64,000 nucleotides of DNA from a virus. Each line of letters begins with the position of its first letter. Position 1 is the stretch's first letter. Shown here in pieces: positions 17,353 through 25,192 of the stretch. The translations under genes and the position numbers were made by a program. Below the pieces are notes generated by a model. The model saw only the letters and a program-made list of their open reading frames with translations, was not told the DNA's origin and searched no databases. The stretch covers positions 1-64,000 of the IMG/VR virus record IMGVR_UViG_3300042562_001017. One strand, given 5' to 3'.

Positions 17353-17542
17353 TTAGCACCCTCTTTCTTATTTACCCCAACTAATCGTATAGATAGTTGC
17401 TTATGTTTAAGGATAAGAGTAGGGTTGCTAACCCCTCTGCACTCAGTTGTAATAGATATATAAAAGCCGAGTTTTTACACAACAGATTTTTTACGTGTTC
17501 GTCTATTACAACTGCTCATCCTTGGGAAATGAGAATGGTGCA
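17353..17542 (-). ncRNA. Structured non-coding elements (three-way junction plus long hairpin)
   Basis: TGCAC/GTGCA, CTCAT/ATGAG and perfect 13-bp CAGTTGTAATAGA/TCTATTACAACTG (17432-17542); imperfect long hairpin 17353-17431. Confidence 0.55.
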
Positions 17543-17554
17543 TTAATTAAGCAG

Positions 17555-17574
17555 TTTTACATCATGCTTAGGAT
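17555..17574 (-). repeat. 20-bp direct repeat, copy 1 (pseudoknot-like motif)
   Basis: TTTTACATCATGCTTAGGAT identical to 18293..18312. Confidence 0.85.
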
Positions 17575-17580
17575 TAGGAG

Positions 17581-17784
17581 TTATTCTTCTAAAAAATCAA
17601 TTTTAGTTGGTGTACCAGTTAATCTTTTGTAATGAACTTGAGCAACACTTGTTCTAGTTGCTTCTGCCATTGCTTTAACTGCTAGTAATCCAGCTTTTAA
17701 ATCTTCTGATTCAGCGTATTTTTCATGCGCTCTGTTTCCAATTTTAATTAGAGATTCTCTAACTTGTTTAATTTTAGTTGCCAT
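17581..17784 (-). CDS. Hypothetical protein
   Basis: ORF track. Confidence 0.65.
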   Translation of the reverse strand: MATKIKQVRESLIKIGNRAHEKYAESEDLKAGLLAVKAMAEATRTSVAQVHYKRLTGTPTKIDFLEE

Positions 17785-17791
17785 TTTTTAT

Positions 17792-18277
17792 TTATTTTAT
17801 TGAATAAATTGAAATATTGTGAGTTTTAGCTAATTGTCTTTTAAATAATATAATATTTTTAAATTCTTGATGTAATTCAGGTGTTATATATTTAACTGGT
17901 ATTTTTAATAAAGTAGATACATAAGATTTAGTTATATTAATTTTTATTTTTTTTTGGTCTTTTTGATGTCTATTTGTTTGACATTTTAAACAAAGTTCAT
18001 TTTTTGAAATTGTAATATTAGTATCACAATATTTACATTTAATATTGTTAAAATGTTCAATCAATAATTTTTTAATTTTAATTGTTTTATTTTTATTATT
18101 AATTCTAAGAATAACTTGTTTACAGTTTTTACTACTTTTACTTTCTTTAAGTATTTTATTTTTATAAATAATACTATAAACACCATGAACTTTTAAATGT
18201 CTATAATGACTAATTACAACTCCATCTTCTCTAATAGAGTATTGTTGGTTAGTTCCTTCAATGAATTTAGTTTCCAT
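17792..18277 (-). CDS. NUMOD4-like / homing-endonuclease-related protein with CxxC pairs
   Basis: N-terminal KFIEGTNQQYSIREDGVVIS is NUMOD4-like; CKYC...CLKC; no clear HNH motif. Confidence 0.5.
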   Translation of the reverse strand: METKFIEGTNQQYSIREDGVVISHYRHLKVHGVYSIIYKNKILKESKSSKNCKQVILRINNKNKTIKIKKLLIEHFNNIKCKYCDTNITISKNELCLKCQTNRHQKDQKKIKINITKSYVSTLLKIPVKYITPELHQEFKNIILFKRQLAKTHNISIYSIK

Positions 18278-18292
18278 AATTTTAAAAAGCCT

Positions 18293-18312
18293 TTTTACAT
18301 CATGCTTAGGAT
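18293..18312 (-). repeat. 20-bp direct repeat, copy 2 (pseudoknot-like motif)
   Basis: Identical to 17555..17574. Confidence 0.85.
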
Positions 18313-18318
18313 GTTGTT

Positions 18319-18441
18319 TTACATGAGATACGTAATTTTGTTTTCTTTCTTAGTTTTATCAGCTTTGTTGTTTGATTCAACATAGTTGCAAAACATACTA
18401 GTTAAGATAGCTATGCAGGTTAAGGTTAGTAGTGATGTCAT
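18319..18441 (-). CDS. Small membrane/secreted peptide (40 aa)
   Basis: Read manually: MTSLLTLTCIAILTSMFCNYVESNNK...; ATGA-coupled to 18438..18614. Confidence 0.5.
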   Translation of the reverse strand: MTSLLTLTCIAILTSMFCNYVESNNKADKTKKENKITYLM

Positions 18442-18614
18442 TTTTTATTATTTTCTTGAATGAATAAAAATATACTAGTTGTCATACATAATATTGAACC
18501 AAATGAGAAGAACAATAGACTTTGATTGTCTATGTTGTCAATAAATGGAGTAATTATGAGCATTAATGTGCTAATAATTGCCATGATGAAGAATAAATCT
18601 GCTTTGTTTTTCAT
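18438..18614 (-). CDS. Small 2-TM membrane protein (58 aa)
   Basis: Read manually: MKNKADLFFIMAIISTLMLIITPF...SLLFFSFGSILCMTTSIFLFI. Confidence 0.55.
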   Translation of the reverse strand: MKNKADLFFIMAIISTLMLIITPFIDNIDNQSLLFFSFGSILCMTTSIFLFIQENNKK

Positions 18615-18895
18615 GATGTTAATGTTTTGTTGGAAATGTGTGGTTTATGTGAGGTAATTGTAGTGGGAAGTGTTATATAAATATAGCGTAGTTATATGTT
18701 GATACTTGGGGAAACAACCTAAAAGTAGGCTTGGTTGTCTCCCAATCAAATATCTAGTGTACACTTCACACAGTATCAGTTAGTTAAGTCACATGACTTG
18801 AAGGGTTACTTTAAGTAAATATGCTTATAAAGTATTGATTATCAGTTAATGATTATCAGGTAATTATGTATAATGACAAGGGTATGCTAAAATAA

Positions 18896-18911
18896 AGAGC
18901 CCGAAGGCTCT
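18896..18911 (-). terminator. UUCG-tetraloop terminator
   Basis: Minus strand AGAGCC-TTCG-GGCTCT-TTATTTT just after the stop at 18916. Confidence 0.8.
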
Positions 18912-18915
18912 ATTA

Positions 18916-19212
18916 TTAAAATCCGAAATCATCGGCAGTAGCTGTTTCAGCACCAACCAAATGGCTCATAGCAATGATAACTCCGTCTGCTGTCTTAGTA
19001 GCAGTAGTAAGGTATTCGTTACCTACTACCATTCCGTAAGCGAAGTTATTATCATAGACGATAGCTTGTCTAGTGATTAACTCACCATTAATGTTTGGAA
19101 ATTCAACGCTTGCGTTACGAAACATTGTACCGTTAACGTTAGGCTTAGCATTAGCACTAATGCTAATTAATTTTGCAACGAATTGCTTTTGTGTGTCGTT
19201 TAAAGTTTTCAT
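18916..19212 (-). CDS. First gene of the left arm; small OB-fold/SSB-like protein
   Basis: Beta-rich, acidic-aromatic tail ADDFGF, C-ending codon bias, own terminator. Confidence 0.6.
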   Translation of the reverse strand: MKTLNDTQKQFVAKLISISANAKPNVNGTMFRNASVEFPNINGELITRQAIVYDNNFAYGMVVGNEYLTTATKTADGVIIAMSHLVGAETATADDFGF

Positions 19213-19656
19213 ATGTGTGATAGCGGGGTTAATAGTTCCGCAAAACTGACGGGGGTGTTAATTGTTACCTGCAACACGCTCTCATACCCTTACCAATTTT
19301 TTTATATAGTTTTTAGGTAGGGGGATATGGAAATAAAACCTATTTTATATTCAATTTTTAACAAGTCGAAAAAAAAATTAAAAAAAAATTTTACAAAATA
19401 TAACCTCTTGACTTTACATATTATTAAAAGAGTTTAATTTTTGCAACATTGCGCTATGTTCTAAGAACATAAAGCGGCCTTAATATACTTAAGAAGGGAA
19501 TAGCTGGAAACCCTTGGTACTGCTACATACCCAGTTCATGATTTATGAACTCGTAGTTTTCATTTCAGTTACTTTTTAAATAAAATGAACTAAAAAATAA
19601 ATAAAGTACTTGTTTTATATATAATAATGATATAATTTTGAACCAGTAACTGAAAT
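19213..19656. other. Divergent strand-switch region; candidate origin, genome terminus or promoter block
   Basis: Non-coding; G-runs, poly-A/T tracts, palindromes ATGTTCTAAGAACAT and AGTTCATGATTTATGAACT; adjacent to a RepL-like gene. Confidence 0.5.
19609..19640 (+). promoter_or_regulatory. Bacteroidota sigma70-type promoter of the right arm
   Basis: CTTG-N20-TAATTTTG versus consensus TTTG-N19-21-TAnnTTTG. Confidence 0.65.
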
Positions 19657-20118
19657 ATGAACAAGAAATTAAATGATTTTGAATCTTATAGTGAGAATCC
19701 TTCTAAAGTATTAAAAGAAGATATTAAGACTTTGCATTATATTAGTAAAGGTAAGGTAGTTTACTTTGTAGATGAGAATGGGGAGCAAAAGCAATATCAA
19801 GAATTAGGAGAAGAGGTACATAAAACTATAGATACTAAAGAGTATAGGAAGGTATTTGTTGAAGATTTACAAAATCTTAAAGATTTATCTACTGCTGGAC
19901 TTAAGGTGTTATGTTATGTATTAAAAAACTTAGGTGTTAAAAGAGATGAGGTAAATATTGATATTATTGAGTGTATGACTTTTACAGGTTATAAGAGTAA
20001 AGTTAATATTTATATAGGTATAGTAGAGTTATTAGATAAAAAATTAATTTTTAGAAAAGTAGGTTCAGGTAATTATTTTATTAATGTAAATTCTTATTAT
20101 AATGGTAGCAGACAATAA
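19657..20118 (+). CDS. RepL-like winged-helix replication protein
   Basis: YRKVF...LSTAGLKVLCYVL...GIVELLDKKLIFRK..GNYFINVNSYYNG. Confidence 0.7.
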   Translation: MNKKLNDFESYSENPSKVLKEDIKTLHYISKGKVVYFVDENGEQKQYQELGEEVHKTIDTKEYRKVFVEDLQNLKDLSTAGLKVLCYVLKNLGVKRDEVNIDIIECMTFTGYKSKVNIYIGIVELLDKKLIFRKVGSGNYFINVNSYYNGSRQ

Positions 20119-20452
20119 CTTAGAAATTGTAGATGGAAAAGTAATAAATACTCTTACTGGAGAAATAGTTAGTGATTACTCTTATTATATAGATGCAGAT
20201 GGAATCATTACATATAGAAATAAAAGAAAGTATGTTAGGAATCATGATGTTAATATAGAAAAGTTTATTGTTAAAGAGTATAATAAAATTGTAGAACATG
20301 GTCATAAGAAAGGAGCTTTATATTTTAGAACTTTAGATTATGTTAAAGGTACTGGTAATCATATGACTAAAAGAATATTAGAAAAAATAGCTAATCTTTG
20401 TGAGTATAATGAGTATTGGGTAAAGTATAAATGTGAGGAATTCGGAATCTAA
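20102..20452 (+). CDS. Hypothetical protein
   Basis: ORF track. Confidence 0.65.
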   Translation: MVADNNLEIVDGKVINTLTGEIVSDYSYYIDADGIITYRNKRKYVRNHDVNIEKFIVKEYNKIVEHGHKKGALYFRTLDYVKGTGNHMTKRILEKIANLCEYNEYWVKYKCEEFGI

Positions 20453-20453
20453 T

Positions 20454-20552
20454 ATGGAAGAGATTCTCAAATTAGCATCATTATTACTTTTAGAAGAAGT
20501 AGAATACGAAATAGTAATTGGAGAAGATAATATAAGTATAGAAATAAAATGA
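20454..20552 (+). CDS. Small acidic peptide (32 aa)
   Basis: Read manually: MEEILKLASLLLLEEVEYEIVIGEDNISIEIK; ATGA-coupled to the next ORF. Confidence 0.45.
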   Translation: MEEILKLASLLLLEEVEYEIVIGEDNISIEIK

Positions 20553-20725
20553 AAAAAGATTTACAAGATTGGTTTTTAAGCCAAAGATGGTTATGGAGAA
20601 AGTTTTATAATCATTATGACAACAGATGGACATACGAACATTTGATTATTAGAGGTTGTGTTATTAAATGTAATGACCCAGACTTAACAATAGAACAGAT
20701 TAAAGAATTCATGTATATAAAATAA
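20549..20725 (+). CDS. Small hypothetical protein (58 aa)
   Basis: Read manually: MKKDLQDWFLSQRWLWRKFYNHYDNRW... Confidence 0.5.
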   Translation: MKKDLQDWFLSQRWLWRKFYNHYDNRWTYEHLIIRGCVIKCNDPDLTIEQIKEFMYIK

Positions 20726-20732
20726 AACAAAA

Positions 20733-21125
20733 ATGAAAGAAGTAAAAGGAAAATTAGGAGTAGCATCAGATGGTACACTAATCGAAACGAATCAGCTAGA
20801 CATTACAAAGATTGATAAACTAGCTAAGTTAAATGGAAAAGTTACTGAAGGACGTATTGTACTTCAACCACTTCCTCAAAAAGAAAAAACTATTGGAGGT
20901 ATTATATTACCAACAGTATTAGGAGAGTTTAGATGTGCAGTAATTCTTTCACATTCTAGTTCTGAATATCTTAGAGGAGATGTAGTAGCACTTAAGTTAA
21001 GTGATTTTCCTGGAGGAATGCCTCCTCAAGTTGATTTCTTAGAAGGAAATCCTTGTGTAATTCTTTTTGAATCTTTTATATGGTATAAGTATGCTTATAG
21101 AATCGAAGATGAGCAAGCAGTATAG
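20733..21125 (+). CDS. GroES/Cpn10-like co-chaperonin
   Basis: GRIVLQP...EKTIGGIILP mobile loop, then GDVV. Confidence 0.7.
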   Translation: MKEVKGKLGVASDGTLIETNQLDITKIDKLAKLNGKVTEGRIVLQPLPQKEKTIGGIILPTVLGEFRCAVILSHSSSEYLRGDVVALKLSDFPGGMPPQVDFLEGNPCVILFESFIWYKYAYRIEDEQAV

Positions 21126-21291
21126 AGATAAAGCATTAGAAGAAGGTCTAGCTATTGAAGTTAGACCTAACTTCTTAATGTTTAATGTCTTAGATAATGC
21201 TAGATTATCTTTTGAAACATATGAAGAATATAAATTCAGACAAAAAGTTACTAAAAGAACAAGCAAAAAGTATTTAAATCCTAAAAATTAA
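21109..21291 (+). CDS. Hypothetical protein
   Basis: ORF track 21067..21291; start moved to MSKQY. Confidence 0.55.
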   Translation: MSKQYRDKALEEGLAIEVRPNFLMFNVLDNARLSFETYEEYKFRQKVTKRTSKKYLNPKN

Positions 21292-21306
21292 ATTATCTTT
21301 GTCAAC

Positions 21307-21933
21307 ATGAATGAATTGTTTACAGTTAATTATGCGTTATTTTATGAAGGTTGGAAATATGCTAAAAACATAGCTCCTTATAATGTATATCAACTTGACC
21401 AATTTATTATTAGAGTTAGAAGAAATGATTTTTATTTAGTTTTATTTATTTATAATGGATGTCAAGAGTTAGTTTTTTGTGGTAGAATATATACTATTCG
21501 TGATTACAAAATGAAAATTAAAAGACATTTAAATAAATGGAAATGTAAACTAACTACTACTGTAACTCCTACTCCTCCTACTCAAGGATTAGTTATAAGT
21601 AATAATGATTATACTAATAGTTTTTTATTAGGAAGTACAGTTAATGACTTGGTTACTAATACTTTTAATGAAGATTTTACTTTTATTAGTAATATTAGTA
21701 TTAGCGGATTAACTTTAGTTAAGTCTGGTACTGAAATAAGAATTAGTGGAACACCTGATACACTTGAAATTTATAACCAAACTGTTTTAGTACAAGGAAA
21801 CATAACAGGAGTCATATTAAGTATAGCAATTAATGTAACTGTTTATGAATTAAATCCTGAATCTTATATTTTACTAGAAGATGGTAATAAAATACTTTTA
21901 GAAGACAATGTTAACTTTATAATAATAGAATAA
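21307..21933 (+). CDS. Putative virion structural protein
   Basis: Beta-rich C-half, YILLEDGNKILLED terminal motif; TATCTTTG promoter at 21294. Confidence 0.55.
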   Translation: MNELFTVNYALFYEGWKYAKNIAPYNVYQLDQFIIRVRRNDFYLVLFIYNGCQELVFCGRIYTIRDYKMKIKRHLNKWKCKLTTTVTPTPPTQGLVISNNDYTNSFLLGSTVNDLVTNTFNEDFTFISNISISGLTLVKSGTEIRISGTPDTLEIYNQTVLVQGNITGVILSIAINVTVYELNPESYILLEDGNKILLEDNVNFIIIE

Positions 21934-21934
21934 A

Positions 21935-22549
21935 ATGTCAAATCAAAAAATATCACAAATGACTTATAAGCAGTTAGCTGTTGATGATGAATTTCCAACA
22001 GTTAACTCAGGTAGTATATTTAACACTAAAGCTTTAGGTGGAGATATTCCTTTATTAATAGGAATACTTCAATGGGATGCTAGTGCAATATATACTGCAG
22101 GACAAATAGTTATATATAATGGTGCAGAAGTAAAAGGAATATTTTTAGTTACTAGTACTACTTCTGCTGGTGATGCACCAGACGGTGCAGGTTATTCAAA
22201 ATTTACTAGTTTAAGTTTAGTATTTATGCCATCAAATATTCATTTAAGTGGAATATGGAATATAGGTAAACAAAGAACAGGAAGGTTAGTTTTTAGTAAT
22301 GGTATAGTATGTACAGGTACATCATCTGACCCAAGCATACATTTATTTCAAGTAACTAATGATTTTCTTAACGCTTTTCTTTTAAATTGTAAATTCAATT
22401 TTAATATAGGAGCTACTGGACAATCTCCTACTATAGAACTTAGAAATGTAGTTGTTACAAATGATTCTATTCAAATTGTAGTAGCCGTTTACGCAACGAG
22501 TAGTACTGTATTAAACAATAGATATATTGATTTTGAAATAATGGGATAA
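21935..22549 (+). CDS. Putative head/tail fibre protein with CBM5/12-like module
   Basis: N-terminal KISQM fibre-like start; WDASAIYTAGQIVIYNG. Confidence 0.5.
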   Translation: MSNQKISQMTYKQLAVDDEFPTVNSGSIFNTKALGGDIPLLIGILQWDASAIYTAGQIVIYNGAEVKGIFLVTSTTSAGDAPDGAGYSKFTSLSLVFMPSNIHLSGIWNIGKQRTGRLVFSNGIVCTGTSSDPSIHLFQVTNDFLNAFLLNCKFNFNIGATGQSPTIELRNVVVTNDSIQIVVAVYATSSTVLNNRYIDFEIMG

Positions 22550-22821
22550 TGAATGAATTTTTAAAACCTAAAATTAAAGAGTTAGCTTTAAAATATAAAC
22601 TAACTCAAAGTCAAGTGATTGACATATTTTATTCTCAATTTAAACATGCAGCTAAAGTAATATCAGAAGATTCATTTAAAGACCCTAACGAAAGAAGAAG
22701 TGTTAAGTTTAAAGGACTTGGCACTTTTGAATATAAAAAATATAAAGCTATTAGATTAACAAAAATTAAACAAGAACAAGATGCAAGAAAGAACATGGTT
22801 GAAACCGCTTCCGAAGATTGA
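22549..22821 (+). CDS. HU/IHF-like DNA-binding protein
   Basis: Two helices then SVKFKGLGTF. Confidence 0.7.
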   Translation: MNEFLKPKIKELALKYKLTQSQVIDIFYSQFKHAAKVISEDSFKDPNERRSVKFKGLGTFEYKKYKAIRLTKIKQEQDARKNMVETASED

Positions 22822-22999
22822 CAAAGAATTAGAATTAATTAAAATTTGTGTAGATACATTGCAAACATGTGCTGTACTACCTCAGTCTCCTGCCACTAAA
22901 AACATTCAGTTAAGTGCAGAAAATATCCTAATGAGATATTTACAACAATTAGATATCTTAACTAGACCTAATGAAACTTCTTTAAAAACAACATTATGA
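22781..22999 (+). CDS. Hypothetical protein
   Basis: ORF track, coupled to the next gene. Confidence 0.55.
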   Translation: MQERTWLKPLPKIDKELELIKICVDTLQTCAVLPQSPATKNIQLSAENILMRYLQQLDILTRPNETSLKTTL

Positions 23000-24015
23000 T
23001 AAACAAAGAAATTATTACTAGCGTGTTAGATTTACATAATCTTAACGTTGATGCTAGTTATAGTGAAATAGCTGATGAATTAGTTAAAGTTTTTCCTATT
23101 TCTCACAGAACAGCTAGAAGGTATGCTTCTATTATTATTAATAGTAATAATCCTACTCCTGAAGAAGTAACAATGCCTGAAATGATTACTGATAAAAAGG
23201 TAGGAGTTTTTAATTGGAGAGATGCAGTAGAGCATGTTCAAAAAGGACAGTCTTTATTTAGTCAAGCTAAAAGTAGTCAAGATAAAGCTACAGTTAAAAT
23301 AGTTACAGATGAACCTATTTATATACTTGCTTTAGGTGATGCTCACTTTGGTAGTTGGGGTACTGATTACGAAGTGCTTAAAAAAGTAACTGATGAAATT
23401 CTTAATACACCTAATTTGTATGTAATTCTTTTAGGAGATTTATTACAAATGTCTATTAAGTTAAGAGGAGTACTAGAAGTAGCAGATAATGCTCTTCCTC
23501 CTAAATATCAAATGTTATTGTTAGACAGTTGGTTACAAGAAATATCTCATAAAGTTATTTGTTCTACTTGGGACAACCATGCAGTAATGAGAGAAGAAAA
23601 TGTAACTGGTTATTCTAAATACGCTGAGATATTTGAAAGACATCATGTTTATTTTAATGGTATTGGTCATTTAGATTTACAAGTAGGAGAACAGATTTAC
23701 AAAATAGCTGTATCTCATTTCTTTAGAGGTTATTCTTTAGAAAATCCTTGTCATGGTGGAATGAGATATATGAGAAGAATGGCTCAAGATAGAGAAATAG
23801 CAATGGCTGGAGATTCTCATAATCCTGGAGTTATTAAATATATTGATGGAGATAGAGTAAGATGTGTTGTAAATAGTGGAACTGCTCAAACAAATAGTGG
23901 TTATGCTAAAAGATTCTTTTCTCTTCATACTTCATCAGCATTTCCAGTTATTAAATTGGACCCTAAAACTCATGAATTTACACCTTATTGGAATTTAAAC
24001 GAAGCAACAAAATGA
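22996..24015 (+). CDS. Calcineurin-like metallophosphoesterase with N-terminal HTH
   Basis: GDAH, LGDL, WDNH (variant of GNH), VSH, GDSH. Confidence 0.8.
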   Translation: MINKEIITSVLDLHNLNVDASYSEIADELVKVFPISHRTARRYASIIINSNNPTPEEVTMPEMITDKKVGVFNWRDAVEHVQKGQSLFSQAKSSQDKATVKIVTDEPIYILALGDAHFGSWGTDYEVLKKVTDEILNTPNLYVILLGDLLQMSIKLRGVLEVADNALPPKYQMLLLDSWLQEISHKVICSTWDNHAVMREENVTGYSKYAEIFERHHVYFNGIGHLDLQVGEQIYKIAVSHFFRGYSLENPCHGGMRYMRRMAQDREIAMAGDSHNPGVIKYIDGDRVRCVVNSGTAQTNSGYAKRFFSLHTSSAFPVIKLDPKTHEFTPYWNLNEATK

Positions 24016-24275
24016 AAATTATAGAATTTGAAGTATTAGTAAAATTAGTAAACGATGGTCATATTGACTATAGTAGTTTAGGTATTGCTCCACCAGTAGA
24101 AGATGAAGAAGAACTGTTTTCTGAAAAAAGATGGTACAATTCTAAATGGTTAGAAGCTGAAATAGAGTGTGTTGCTGAAAACAAAGAAAACACTATATTG
24201 AATTTATACGATGGTCGTTGTATATTTGTACAAGAACCAATCAATATAGTTCTATCTAAACTTCATGATACCTAA
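24012..24275 (+). CDS. Hypothetical protein
   Basis: ORF track; ATGA-coupled start at 24012. Confidence 0.6.
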   Translation: MKIIEFEVLVKLVNDGHIDYSSLGIAPPVEDEEELFSEKRWYNSKWLEAEIECVAENKENTILNLYDGRCIFVQEPINIVLSKLHDT

Positions 24276-24609
24276 AGAATTCCAAATATTAAATCATACT
24301 ATTAATGTTGTTATTGATAATGAATACTGCCAAAAAAACGATTGTTTTGGACAATATCTTTATAAAGACAACAAAATAGTATTAGCTGACAAATATAAAA
24401 AAAGAAAAAATTGGATAAGTTATAAAAAAGAAACAATAGAACATGTGTTTTATCATGAATTAGTACATTGTATTCTTTATTATATGAATAGTGATTTATG
24501 GTTAGACGAAAAGTTTGTAGACCAGTTTTCTGGTTTGCTTGCTCAAACAATGAAAAAAGATGAAAGTATTGAAATTAACAGAAGAATTGAATCTAGAGAT
24601 TCAAAGTGA
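24265..24609 (+). CDS. Small HExxH zinc metallopeptidase-like protein
   Basis: FYHELVHCILY...DEKFV. Confidence 0.7.
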   Translation: MIPKEFQILNHTINVVIDNEYCQKNDCFGQYLYKDNKIVLADKYKKRKNWISYKKETIEHVFYHELVHCILYYMNSDLWLDEKFVDQFSGLLAQTMKKDESIEINRRIESRDSK

Positions 24610-25192
24610 ACTATTTGAAATAGAAGATTTTAAAACGCTAATTAAAAGAGTCAAGATTGGAAAAGGCGATAATGATGGTAGAAGAAAACTTATAGCTAAA
24701 AAAGAAATAGCTTATGTTTACCATATGGCTGACCCTAACTCTAGGTATTATAATTATGGTGAATCTGAAAGAAAAACTAAATTAAAAAGTGATATTTTTA
24801 ATGAAGTAGATGAAGATTGGGAACCAGATGAAGCAGTTGAAATAGCTATATTAAAATATAGAGAGTTAATCAAAACTCCTTCACTTAGAACTGTAGACAG
24901 TATGTTAAATTCACTTCATGAATCTGAAGAAATTATTATTGAAATAACTAAACAGCTAAAGCAAGATTTAAAAGACGGTAAACACAAAAGTGGTATAAAT
25001 AATAAGAGAGGTCAAATCGTATCAGGAACAGAGTTAATGTTGAACGATTTGACTGCTCTCTTAAAAGTTAGTAAAGAAATTCCTAATCATATAGAAGTAT
25101 TAGAAAGATTACAAAAGAAATTACAAGAAGAAAACAAAACTCAAGCAGCTAAGGTTAGAGGAAATTTACAAATTAGTGAGAGGGAAAGATAA
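24560..25192 (+). CDS. Conserved pre-terminase protein (putative terminase small subunit)
   Basis: Helical; TAATG-coupled to TerL; ends KVRG. Confidence 0.55.
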   Translation: MKVLKLTEELNLEIQSELFEIEDFKTLIKRVKIGKGDNDGRRKLIAKKEIAYVYHMADPNSRYYNYGESERKTKLKSDIFNEVDEDWEPDEAVEIAILKYRELIKTPSLRTVDSMLNSLHESEEIIIEITKQLKQDLKDGKHKSGINNKRGQIVSGTELMLNDLTALLKVSKEIPNHIEVLERLQKKLQEENKTQAAKVRGNLQISERER

